From positions 32,001-96,000 of the forward strand of contig JBHLNF010000003.1 of assembly GCA_048937405.1 (NCBI GenBank): 64,000 nucleotides of DNA, in the 5' to 3' direction. Positions 28,958-38,728 of the stretch are shown in pieces. The notes beneath the pieces were generated by a model. It saw nothing but the letters and a program-made list of their open reading frames with translations. It made no database searches and had not been told where the DNA came from. The first letter of the stretch is position 1; every line of letters starts with the position of its first letter. Position numbers and translations under genes: made by a program. The stretch comes from Promethearchaeota archaeon. GTDB taxonomy: Archaea; Asgardarchaeota; Lokiarchaeia; Sigyniarchaeales; SOKP01.

Positions 28958-30829
28958 ATGAACAGAGAAGATAAAGAAACGAAAACTCTTGAAGATGAAG
29001 AAAACACTGATGAAGTATTAAAAGAAGAAGTTAGTCTACAATTTCATTTATATATTTTTATTTTTGCTATAATTTATTATGTCTCATGGATATTACCTGG
29101 ATTTCTTTTTTGGTTTTATTTTATGATACCATTTCGCATATTTTTTCTTGAAAATTTGAATTTTTTCTCAATTTTTATAAATATTAATTCTCTGATAACT
29201 CTATTATTAATGCCAATTGTCCTTATTAGCTGTTATCTCCTCCATTTGTTATTAATTGGTTTAACAACACGTATTATTTGGCAAATTACTGAAAAGACTT
29301 CACCATCAAAATCAGGTGTTATACCAAGAAATATTAGAAGTAGAGCCGCAAATTATTATCATATTAGGAGTTTTATGATCAAATATGGAAAAAATACTTT
29401 TACTAAAGGAATGTTCCCTTGGTTATCTAATTGGTTTTTTAGTACAGTCGGTTCAAACAAAATTGGTAAAGGTACAACAATAGAAGAGTCTGTAGGTAAT
29501 GATAAATTTATTGATATTGGAAAAAATTGTTATGTTGGTGTAAATTCTACATTAGCGAGTCATTTACTTCAAGGAATCTTTGGCAATATTACTTATTTTG
29601 AGATTAAGGTAGGAGATAATGTTACAACTGCTGCGATGAATCAGGTTGGTCCAGGAACAGAACTAAATGATAATACTTTTTTATTACCATTAGCTTCTAC
29701 AAATAAACATAGTATTGCCAAGGGAGGTTATTATTATGGGATTCCATTTAGAAAGATCTTTAGAAAAAAAATTATCAATTATCTAGAATTATCACCTAAG
29801 GATTTGGAAAAGAACGATAATATTGAAGGATATAAGGATAAAAAACTCATTAAGGAACTTAAAAAAAAGAAATCTTTGGAAAAAGAAACTGATTCTAATC
29901 TTAGAGATGTGGGTGTAATATCTGAGGAAACGGAAAAACAATTCGAGTTTAATAAATTCTCAAATGAAGATTTAGCTATTGATTTTGCCACTAGCTCAGC
30001 AATAAGTCGAATCAATATAAAGTTTTTAATTGTATATTTACCACTCTTATGGGTTGCTGGATTAATAACTACAATAATTTGGTATTGGTATTCTGAAAAT
30101 GTACTGAGCACAATGAAATTTCGATTAGAATTTTTCCTTTTCTTTCCATTAATTTTATTCGGTCTAATATATATATTTATTGTTGCATGCTTGGTTTTTA
30201 GTAAGCTACTTTTATTGTTAGTTAATCTCATTCATAAACCTAAGGAAGGAGTATTTAAAGCTAAAAAAGGAAATACTGACTATGAATTTTGGATATTGAG
30301 AACAGTTTTAAAAAAAATTGGTTTATGGTTTATGAGAAATTCTCCTTTACCTTGGACTGATGTAGTTGCTTTAAAATTATTTGGGGTTGATATGGATTCA
30401 TCAAGTCATTTACCTGATGCGTGGTGCGATTCAGAATTTATAAAATTTGGCAGAAAGAACCTAATTGGTCAGGGTGCTTTAATAATGTCAAGTATGGTAA
30501 TTGGAAAATATTTACTAATAAAAAAGGTTTTTTTTGATGATTACGTAATGGTTGGTGGTCATACAACAATTTCTCCAGGTACAATTATAGGTAAAGAATC
30601 TGTAATAGGTGCTCTTAGTTCCACAACATATAATCAAGTTTTAGAGTCAGGATGGGTTTACTTTGGATTTCCAGCAATTAAGTTAAAAGAAAACAAGTAT
30701 GCAGAAGAAAGGAGAGATATTATCATCAAACGTGATGTAGATGAATCAAAAAAATTTACGGCAACACATGAAGTAAACATTGATGAAGATAAAAAAGAAT
30801 TAATAAAAACTCAAAAAGAAGAGGTATAA
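28958..30829 (+). CDS. Fused A-B membrane LbH acyltransferase-like protein (second)
   Basis: SPSKSGVIPRN, LASHLLQG; B half from DFATSSAISR (~29981). Confidence 0.82.
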   Translation: MNREDKETKTLEDEENTDEVLKEEVSLQFHLYIFIFAIIYYVSWILPGFLFWFYFMIPFRIFFLENLNFFSIFININSLITLLLMPIVLISCYLLHLLLIGLTTRIIWQITEKTSPSKSGVIPRNIRSRAANYYHIRSFMIKYGKNTFTKGMFPWLSNWFFSTVGSNKIGKGTTIEESVGNDKFIDIGKNCYVGVNSTLASHLLQGIFGNITYFEIKVGDNVTTAAMNQVGPGTELNDNTFLLPLASTNKHSIAKGGYYYGIPFRKIFRKKIINYLELSPKDLEKNDNIEGYKDKKLIKELKKKKSLEKETDSNLRDVGVISEETEKQFEFNKFSNEDLAIDFATSSAISRINIKFLIVYLPLLWVAGLITTIIWYWYSENVLSTMKFRLEFFLFFPLILFGLIYIFIVACLVFSKLLLLLVNLIHKPKEGVFKAKKGNTDYEFWILRTVLKKIGLWFMRNSPLPWTDVVALKLFGVDMDSSSHLPDAWCDSEFIKFGRKNLIGQGALIMSSMVIGKYLLIKKVFFDDYVMVGGHTTISPGTIIGKESVIGALSSTTYNQVLESGWVYFGFPAIKLKENKYAEERRDIIIKRDVDESKKFTATHEVNIDEDKKELIKTQKEEV

Positions 30830-30834
30830 TTATA

Positions 30835-31782
30835 ATGAGTGTACCAAATACAATGAGAGTAGGACCTTTTACACCCACAGTGTTAGTAAAAAAAAGATAT
30901 TTAATATTCTATTTTTTCTTAATTTGGATAAGTATTATCCCTATCCTTTTAGAATTTTGGGTATATTGGCATTTTCTATGGAGTTATGAAAGACCCATTC
31001 ACTTCTATACTTTTCTCCCCCTTTTATTTTTTGGAATGTATGTATCAATAGTATTTTTCTCTATTTTTTTTGCTAAAATATTGTTAATAATAGTTAATGC
31101 AATACATAAACCACGAGAAGGTATATTCTTACGCATTCCAGAAGATAGAGATTATAGATACTGGAGTCTTCGAAATACAATTAAACGATGGCCTATTTGG
31201 CTAGCACATAAATTTCCATTTCCTTTCTTAGATAATATCTGCTTTAAAGTATTCGGCGTAAAAACGAAGTTTTCAAATTCCCTTTTTGAAGGATGGGTTG
31301 ATACAGAATTTATAGAATTTGGCAAAGATGTTGTAGTTGGGCAGGGTGCAATTGTCCAATCGGCAGTAATTATTGGGAATTTATTGATAATTCGAAAAAC
31401 TGTGATTGAAGATGATGTAAGGATTGGCTCACACGCAATAGTTATGCCTGGTACTCATATTGGAAATAAATGTATCTTAGCAGCTAATTCTGTAACAACA
31501 GTTGGACAGGTTTTAGATAAAAATTATGTATATGTAGGTATTCCAGCAAAAAAGTTCAAAAAGAACTATTTCTTTGAAGATGGATTGGAAACCAAAATTG
31601 GTTACGTAGAAGATATCGAAAAATTACGAGAAAAATATGAGGAGATTTATACAAAACGTTATGATGAACTTACTCGCAAGGATCGTAGAGAATTAAAAAG
31701 AGAAAAAAAAGAGGGAGAAAAAAAGAGATTTGATACTGAGCAAGAGGAATGGGAAGATCCTGATGATGGTTTCAATATATAA
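30835..31782 (+). CDS. Membrane-anchored LbH acyltransferase-like protein, type C (second)
   Basis: Close paralog of 17138-17986 (HKFPFPFLDNIC.KVFGVKTK.SNSLFEG). Confidence 0.82.
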   Translation: MSVPNTMRVGPFTPTVLVKKRYLIFYFFLIWISIIPILLEFWVYWHFLWSYERPIHFYTFLPLLFFGMYVSIVFFSIFFAKILLIIVNAIHKPREGIFLRIPEDRDYRYWSLRNTIKRWPIWLAHKFPFPFLDNICFKVFGVKTKFSNSLFEGWVDTEFIEFGKDVVVGQGAIVQSAVIIGNLLIIRKTVIEDDVRIGSHAIVMPGTHIGNKCILAANSVTTVGQVLDKNYVYVGIPAKKFKKNYFFEDGLETKIGYVEDIEKLREKYEEIYTKRYDELTRKDRRELKREKKEGEKKRFDTEQEEWEDPDDGFNI

Positions 31783-31820
31783 CTATCTTTTAATTACCTA
31801 TATAATCGAAAAATTAAATT

Positions 31821-32528
31821 TTACTCTAAAATAAAGTACATTCTTCTATTATTTTTTCCTTTATTAACAGTTTTAATTATTTCAATTTTTCCAATTTCTT
31901 TAAGATTACTAATATGAGTCCCCCCATCAACTTGTTCATCGATATCCCCTATTCTAACAATACGAAATTCCTTAATTTTTTCTGGTAATCCTACGGCTAA
32001 ACGTGCTAATTCTGGTTTTCCTATTACTTCTTCTTTTGACATATAATCTATAGTAATTAATAGATCCTGTTCTATAATTTTGTTTGCCTCATCGACAAAA
32101 TCCCGTAGTTTTTCAGGAGAATAATCTTGCATTGAGAAATCCATTCTCGTTTTATCTAATTCAATTTGATTACCTGTAATTTTTGCATCAGCTCTTTTAT
32201 AAAGAATACTGCTAATTAGATGTGAAGCTGTATGATATCGCATGAATGTATACCTTCTTTCCCAATCAATTTCACAACTAACTTCATCTCCCTCCTTTAA
32301 TCCAATTTTATCTACTTCATGACTTATTTCTCCAGAGAATTTACCAACATAGACGACTTTAAATTGTTGATCATTTTTTTTAATAAGACCCTCATCCCAA
32401 GGTTGACCTCCTCCCTTGGGATAAAATGCTGTTTGTTCAAGAGTTATATATTTTCCATCTTTAACACCAACAACCTTAGTATTCCAAGTCTTAAGATAAG
32501 CATCATCCATATATAAAGCTCTCTTCAT
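31821..32528 (-). CDS. alaXM: Alanyl-tRNA editing protein AlaX-M
   Basis: LYMDDAY, TAFYPKGGGQPWDEG, MRYHTASH, DGGTH, KGKNNRRMY. Confidence 0.9.
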   Translation of the reverse strand: MKRALYMDDAYLKTWNTKVVGVKDGKYITLEQTAFYPKGGGQPWDEGLIKKNDQQFKVVYVGKFSGEISHEVDKIGLKEGDEVSCEIDWERRYTFMRYHTASHLISSILYKRADAKITGNQIELDKTRMDFSMQDYSPEKLRDFVDEANKIIEQDLLITIDYMSKEEVIGKPELARLAVGLPEKIKEFRIVRIGDIDEQVDGGTHISNLKEIGKIEIIKTVNKGKNNRRMYFILE

Positions 32529-32849
32529 AAAAAAAGAAAAGTATCCAAATTTAAAATATTAACTTTTATCAGTCTTAGGATTTCTCAGAAAATTATAATT
32601 TATATTTTATATTAATTCAGTAGAAAGACCATAATCTCAAAATAAATAAATCTTAAAGCTTTAAAGCAATTTTAAAAGTATCACATAAGGGAATGAGGTT
32701 AAATATACATCATATATTTATTCAATCTCTATTTTTGTGATTTAAATTATAAATATATAAATATGATTAGAGCAAAATAATAATCGAAGTTTTATTCAAG
32801 TATAGAATTTCAAATTTTCAATTTAAAAAAAAATTAATGTTGATTTTGT

Positions 32850-34766
32850 ATGGAAAAAGAAAGAAAAACAAAAATGTATTTGATAATTTGTACGGCGTTC
32901 ATACTTTTCTGCGGATTAATGGCTGCTTCAATTCAAACAAATTTTAATACTATTGATGTAAGTGAGGTTGAAATTACAACACCAAATGGAGATAATATTG
33001 TAGGGAAATTATTTCGTCCAAAAGATGTAGATGCAGTAAACACGGCTCCTGGAATTCTAGGATTACATGGGTATAATAATGATAAGAATATTCAAAGAGG
33101 AACCGCTTTAGAATTAGCTAAAGCAGGATTTGTAGTATTAATAATTGATGAACTTGGTCACGGAGATTCGGATGGCCCTGGATCATTCGATTTAGCTTCA
33201 TGCCTTGCTGGCTATGATTGGTTGGAAGCTCAACCATTTGTGAATGGGACTACTGTAAATGGTGAAAAAATGATGGGTATTTATGGACACTCTATGGGAT
33301 ATATTATGGGCTATTACACCGCTATATCTAGACCTAGTCATGATGCTTGTGCATTCGAATCCTTTGCTCCACAAAGACTTGATAGTTTACTTGAAGTTGC
33401 CCCAAGTGTATTTATAAGGTTACGGCTTCAGCACAATGTTCTTCATACTTGGGCGGAATATGAAGAATGGTATGATGTAGACTTCGTCACTGGTGCAAAT
33501 TACACATCGGATATGAGTGTTAAGGAAGTATATGATCAAGGATTAAATGTGATAGATTTCAATGCCTTATTAACAGGAGATCCAACATATAGTGGGACTC
33601 CAGAAGTAGACACAACTTATGGAGATTTTTCTCTTGGAACGGCTTATCGGGAACATTATGTTAAAGGTATTACACATCCAGGATTAACTATGGACCAATC
33701 CTGTAATAAAGAGATTGTTGCATGGTTCTTACAGGCGTTAATGGGGGAAACTGAAGCTGACGCAATGAGTACTGCATCTGTAAGCGGTCAAACATATATT
33801 ATCGTGGAAGTTTTCCAGTGTTTGGCACTACTTGCCACTTTTGCTTCACTGATCTTCTTAACTAAATGGCTATTAATGACAAACTTTTTCAAAGAAGTTG
33901 TACAACCAATGCCAGAACGCACAACATTTATTTCAGAAAAGAAGTGGGCGTGGTGGGCGGCTGCTACAGTTAATAATCTCATAGCTGCAATTGCTTATAT
34001 ATTTTGTGTAAATGCTAACGAGGCTTGGAAGATTGATTCTGAGGCACCATTATTAATGGGAATGATGAATAATTTCTTAGGGTTTTATCTTTATTGTTCC
34101 TTAGTTGGTCTTATTTTCGTCGCTTTGTGGTATTTCGTAACTTGGAGACAAAATAGAGAGAGCATAGCCCCATATGATCTTGGAATTACCTATGGTAAGG
34201 AGAATAAGAAGGAAGCTTTGCAGATATTCTTAAAGACTTGTCTAATAGCTGTAATTCTTTTTACGTGGATGTATTTGTTGGTAAGCTTCTTTCAGATATT
34301 CTTCGTAATTGAATTCGGAGTTTTCTGGACGTTCATGAAGATGTTCACACTAGAACGATTATTTATGTTCTTACTCTACCTACCAATGATTTTACCATTT
34401 TTCTTAATAATAGGTGGAGTATTTGCATTTGCAGAACTTCGACAAAAAGAAGCAAGTTCCGGAATCAAAACACAACTCATTTGGTGGGCAAAACTCAGTT
34501 ACGCTATGGTATTTGGTCTTTTCATAGTATTTATAATTCAATACGCTGGATTTTGGGTTGGACAAAATCCTACACTCAAGAGTCTGGAAACAACACCAAT
34601 AATGCCCCTTCAATTATGGGCCGTAGTTCCACTTACTATGTTAATATTATTCTTTATGGTCTTTTGGTATCGTAAAACGGGGAAAATTTATCTTGGAACC
34701 ATTATGGCTACACTCATCACAACTTGGTTTTTGACGGTTTCTGGTGTAATGGGTGCGACTTTATAA
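32850..34766 (+). CDS. Membrane-integral alpha/beta hydrolase
   Basis: N-terminal TM, LHGY, GHGDS, nucleophile elbow GHSMG, THPG, then about 8 C-terminal TM helices. Confidence 0.75.
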   Translation: MEKERKTKMYLIICTAFILFCGLMAASIQTNFNTIDVSEVEITTPNGDNIVGKLFRPKDVDAVNTAPGILGLHGYNNDKNIQRGTALELAKAGFVVLIIDELGHGDSDGPGSFDLASCLAGYDWLEAQPFVNGTTVNGEKMMGIYGHSMGYIMGYYTAISRPSHDACAFESFAPQRLDSLLEVAPSVFIRLRLQHNVLHTWAEYEEWYDVDFVTGANYTSDMSVKEVYDQGLNVIDFNALLTGDPTYSGTPEVDTTYGDFSLGTAYREHYVKGITHPGLTMDQSCNKEIVAWFLQALMGETEADAMSTASVSGQTYIIVEVFQCLALLATFASLIFLTKWLLMTNFFKEVVQPMPERTTFISEKKWAWWAAATVNNLIAAIAYIFCVNANEAWKIDSEAPLLMGMMNNFLGFYLYCSLVGLIFVALWYFVTWRQNRESIAPYDLGITYGKENKKEALQIFLKTCLIAVILFTWMYLLVSFFQIFFVIEFGVFWTFMKMFTLERLFMFLLYLPMILPFFLIIGGVFAFAELRQKEASSGIKTQLIWWAKLSYAMVFGLFIVFIIQYAGFWVGQNPTLKSLETTPIMPLQLWAVVPLTMLILFFMVFWYRKTGKIYLGTIMATLITTWFLTVSGVMGATL

Positions 34767-35294
34767 CTAATATTTAACTTATTTTTTTTTTTAATTCGTT
34801 CATGATCTCTAGAATAAAATGCAGTTTTATTGAGAAATACAAATTTAGAATCTGAACCATTTACAACTTTATTATTTCAATCTTTAAGATAAGATTCATC
34901 CATTTAGAGTATTGTTGCCGTGAAAAATAAAAAATTACTTTAATTTATAGCATTAATCATTTTAATGGATTTTAGAAAGTTTTACACTATCAAATAATTC
35001 TAATTTTAGAATTTAAACTTTTTTGCTATATTGAGGAAAATAATAAGAACATTATAGTATGTTTTCAAAACTAAGAACGTATTCTTTGCCAATCGCATAG
35101 AGGAGCATATTTATACATTATCAAATTGAATTTGAAGAAATTCTATTTATAAAATGTAAAAATGATTAAATTTGGAACTAATTTTTATAGGTTTTTCATA
35201 AAGAAAATAAATAAATAAAAATCAAGTATAATTAATTTATATCTACTGAATGTAATAAAAAATTATCAATGTCTAATTAGAAAAAACACTTAAA

Positions 35295-36341
35295 GTGCTT
35301 TTAATGAACACTGTGGAATTAGCGGGGAGTAGTTTTGAAGTAAAAAATGGATTCCTGGACTTAAGCCTTTTAGAGATAAAAGACATAACTGAAATACAAG
35401 GATTATCAAAATTATCTGATTTAAAGAATTTAGAATTGAGTTCCAATGATATATTACATATAAAAGGATTAGAATCGTTAACTGAATTAGAAATATTAAA
35501 TCTAGGAAATAATCAGATTATCGATATTAAGGGCTTAGAGGGACTAGAAAACCTCAAAGTGCTACATCTTATCAGTAACCAAATAAAGGAGATTAAAGGA
35601 TTAAAGAATTTAAATAATTTAGAAGAATTATATTTAAGAGGAAATCAAATAAAAAATTTAAAAGGATTTGATAATCTAAAATCTTTAAAAAGATTGGATC
35701 TTTCTTGGAATGAAATCTCCGAAATTCAAGGATTTGAAAATCTAATAAATCTGGAAGTTTTATGGATTGCTGGCAACCAATTAAGAGAAATAAAAAATCT
35801 AGAGAATTTAAGAAACTTAGAAGTATTAAATTTGGCAGGAAATAATATTAATAAAATTAATGGTTTAAAAAATCTTAGTAAATTGAAAAGCCTTTACTTA
35901 AATAATAATTCAATCAAAAAAATCGAAGGTTTTGAAGCGTTAGAGAGTCTAGAAACTCTTTGGCTTAATACAAATAAGATTTCAGAAATTGAAGGATTAG
36001 ATAAATGTAAAGATTTAAGAATTTTAAATTTAAAACAGAATAATATTAAGCATATTAAAGGTTTGTATTTACTGAAGAATTTAGAAAATCTTTTTCTCTC
36101 AGAAAATAAAATTGGGGAGATTAAAGGTCTTGAGACATTAATAAAATTAGAAACCCTCGATTTGGGTCAAAATGAGATAATTCAGATCAAAGGATTAGAA
36201 TCTTTAGTTAATTTAAAAGACTTATGGCTCGCGGATAATCTTGTCCCTCAGAAAATTCTAGATCAGCTCGGAGGGCTTGATAGTGGAGGTTATGCAAATG
36301 AACCTCTAAAATTTGTGCAATATTGCATTATAAACCTGTAG
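35295..36341 (+). CDS. Leucine-rich repeat protein (SDS22/internalin-like)
   Basis: About 13 tandem 22-aa repeats of LxxLxxLxLxxNxIxxIxG. Confidence 0.92.
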   Translation: MLLMNTVELAGSSFEVKNGFLDLSLLEIKDITEIQGLSKLSDLKNLELSSNDILHIKGLESLTELEILNLGNNQIIDIKGLEGLENLKVLHLISNQIKEIKGLKNLNNLEELYLRGNQIKNLKGFDNLKSLKRLDLSWNEISEIQGFENLINLEVLWIAGNQLREIKNLENLRNLEVLNLAGNNINKINGLKNLSKLKSLYLNNNSIKKIEGFEALESLETLWLNTNKISEIEGLDKCKDLRILNLKQNNIKHIKGLYLLKNLENLFLSENKIGEIKGLETLIKLETLDLGQNEIIQIKGLESLVNLKDLWLADNLVPQKILDQLGGLDSGGYANEPLKFVQYCIINL

Positions 36342-36457
36342 ATTGTTTTCTGATTATTTTTATGAATCCAAAAAAAAAAATAAAAATAGACTTAACGTAT
36401 TTAGTATATTACTAATAATCAATATTTCAAATTAGAATTTTAAAAAGGTAAAATCTT

Positions 36458-37708
36458 ATGGAATTGAGTGCTTTTGAAGTAGCAAAAAAACAAATTGATA
36501 TTGTATCAAAAGAAATGGGATTGGATCCTAATTTAACTAAATACCTTAAAAGAGTGGAACGTGCTTTAATAGTTACTATTCCTATTAAGTTGGATGATGG
36601 ATCTCTTGAGATGTTTGAAGGATATAGAGTTCATCATAGTACTGTTAGAGGTCCTGGGAAAGGAGGAATAAGATTTTCCCCCGAAGTAAATTTAGATGAA
36701 GTTAAAGCTTTAGCTACATGGATGACTTGGAAATGTAGTCTTTTAAATTTACCTCTTGGTGGAGCTAAAGGAGGGATATGTGTAGATCCTCGAAAACTAT
36801 CGAAAAGTGAATTAGAGCGTCTTACGAGGAGATATACCTCTGAAATAATTAATATCATTGGACCTGATATTGACATCCCTGCTCCAGATGTTAATACCAA
36901 TGCGCAGATTATGGCTTGGATTATGGATACATATTCAATGAATAAAGGAAGATCTATTCCAGGAGTTGTTACTGGTAAACCTATTGAGATTGGAGGTTCT
37001 GTGGGAAGAGAACCAGCAACAGGGATGGGTTTATTTTTTACATTGGAAGCTATATGTGAAAAAGTAAATTTGGAACTGAAATCACAAAAAATCATTATTC
37101 AAGGTTTTGGAAATGTAGGTGGTACTATTGCTGAATTACTATTCAAAGAAGGATGTAAGGTAATAGCAGTTTCAGATATATCGGGGGGTTTATTTTATAA
37201 TGAAGGGCTACAGGTTGATAAATTATTAGAATGGACTAAAGATGGTAATTATTTAAAAGATTATGAAGATGAAAGATATAAATTTATAACTAATGATGAG
37301 TTAATTACAACTGAATGCGATATTTTAATTCCAGCTGCTCTTGAAAATCAAATAACAAGAAATAATGCAAAAAATGTAAAATGTAAAATCATTATAGAGG
37401 GAGCAAACGGACCTACAACACCTGAAGCTGATAAAATATTATTTGATAAAGGAATTCACGTTGTTCCAGATATTCTTGCTAATGCGGGAGGTGTTTGTGT
37501 CTCATATTTCGAATATGTTCAAGATATTCATGCTTATTTCTGGGAATTAGAGCGAATTAACCTCGAACTGAAAAAAATAATTTTGAACGCTTTTGAGGAG
37601 GTATTTAAGATATCACAAGAAAGAAATTTACCACTTCGAACTGCAGCATATATTATAGCCGTATCGAGGATTGCAAGAGCTATTGAACTTAGAGGAATAT
37701 TTCCGTAA
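36458..37708 (+). CDS. gdhA: Glutamate dehydrogenase (Glu/Leu/Phe/Val DH)
   Basis: RGPGKGGIRF, MTWKC, GGAKGG, PAPDVNT, QGFGNVG, EGANGPTT, PDILANAGGV. Confidence 0.95.
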   Translation: MELSAFEVAKKQIDIVSKEMGLDPNLTKYLKRVERALIVTIPIKLDDGSLEMFEGYRVHHSTVRGPGKGGIRFSPEVNLDEVKALATWMTWKCSLLNLPLGGAKGGICVDPRKLSKSELERLTRRYTSEIINIIGPDIDIPAPDVNTNAQIMAWIMDTYSMNKGRSIPGVVTGKPIEIGGSVGREPATGMGLFFTLEAICEKVNLELKSQKIIIQGFGNVGGTIAELLFKEGCKVIAVSDISGGLFYNEGLQVDKLLEWTKDGNYLKDYEDERYKFITNDELITTECDILIPAALENQITRNNAKNVKCKIIIEGANGPTTPEADKILFDKGIHVVPDILANAGGVCVSYFEYVQDIHAYFWELERINLELKKIILNAFEEVFKISQERNLPLRTAAYIIAVSRIARAIELRGIFP

Positions 37709-37737
37709 TTTTTCAAATCAAATACTTAATTTTTATT

Positions 37738-38019
37738 ATGAAATTAAGATATATCTTAATTATTCTTTTTTCCTTTATATTAGGAATAATAATCACGTTA
37801 TTAACCGGATTCATTTCTAATACTACGACTAATCTTCTTGGTGCTAATAAATGGGGATTTCCATTCTATTGGATGAGTCAGCCTGTTTATCCTGGAGCAG
37901 ATAGGATAATTATATGGTCGAATTTGCTTATTGATATATTGATTTGGAGTTTCTTACTTTTTATGATTATTTGTCTAGGATATTATTTACTAACAAAATT
38001 AAAGCGTAAAAAAAAGTAA
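37738..38019 (+). CDS. Small 2-TM protein
   Basis: Two hydrophobic helices around a WGFPFYW loop; basic C-terminus. Confidence 0.6.
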   Translation: MKLRYILIILFSFILGIIITLLTGFISNTTTNLLGANKWGFPFYWMSQPVYPGADRIIIWSNLLIDILIWSFLLFMIICLGYYLLTKLKRKKK

Positions 38020-38084
38020 AAAAAAAATTTTTAAAAAATAATTATTAGATTTGAGTTAAAATTTTTGATAATATGCGAATATTA

Positions 38085-38510
38085 TTATTCTGATTCACTC
38101 AATACTTCCATTACCATAGCAGTAATTTCACCATATGCAATCGCATCTTGAAGATTCCCTTCAATTTGCAAATCTCCACTCATATATGCACTAGTGCCAT
38201 CAACCTCACCTGAAGCCATGCCTGCCCAAGTAGCAGTTGATGCCTTCATGGTTGTGCTTGGATCATCAATTTGACCTTCACCATAATCTACTTGTCCCTC
38301 TCCAAATTTCAACCAATACTTATAATCAGCATCAGTAACTTCAAATTGAATAACTGTAAGGTCAGCATCTTCAATTTCTTCTTTAATATCCTCATCTTCT
38401 ACAGCTAACTGCTTTAAAGCTTCTGCAATTAAGAGAGCATCAGAAGGTTTTCTTTCAATTTCGCCTTCTCTTATTGCTTTTAATTTTTGAAGTAAATCAT
38501 CACTAACCAT
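38085..38510 (-). CDS. SCP2 sterol/lipid-binding domain protein
   Basis: IQFEV...GEVDGTSAYMSGDLQIEGNLQDA. Confidence 0.88.
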   Translation of the reverse strand: MVSDDLLQKLKAIREGEIERKPSDALLIAEALKQLAVEDEDIKEEIEDADLTVIQFEVTDADYKYWLKFGEGQVDYGEGQIDDPSTTMKASTATWAGMASGEVDGTSAYMSGDLQIEGNLQDAIAYGEITAMVMEVLSESE

Positions 38511-38728
38511 TTTTTTACACTACCTTTTTTATTGAAGTAAAAAATCTATAATCAAAAGATGAATAGTTTAATTTTAACTATATTAAAAGTTTTTATTGTT
38601 ATATTATTGATTTTAAATGGTAAAATTATATTTTTTGATTCTTTTGATGGAAAATTATGTTATTTTCAGAAAAAAATCTAGTAACTGAGAATTAAAATAT
38701 AATAAAAATAAAAAGTTAAAATTAGACT

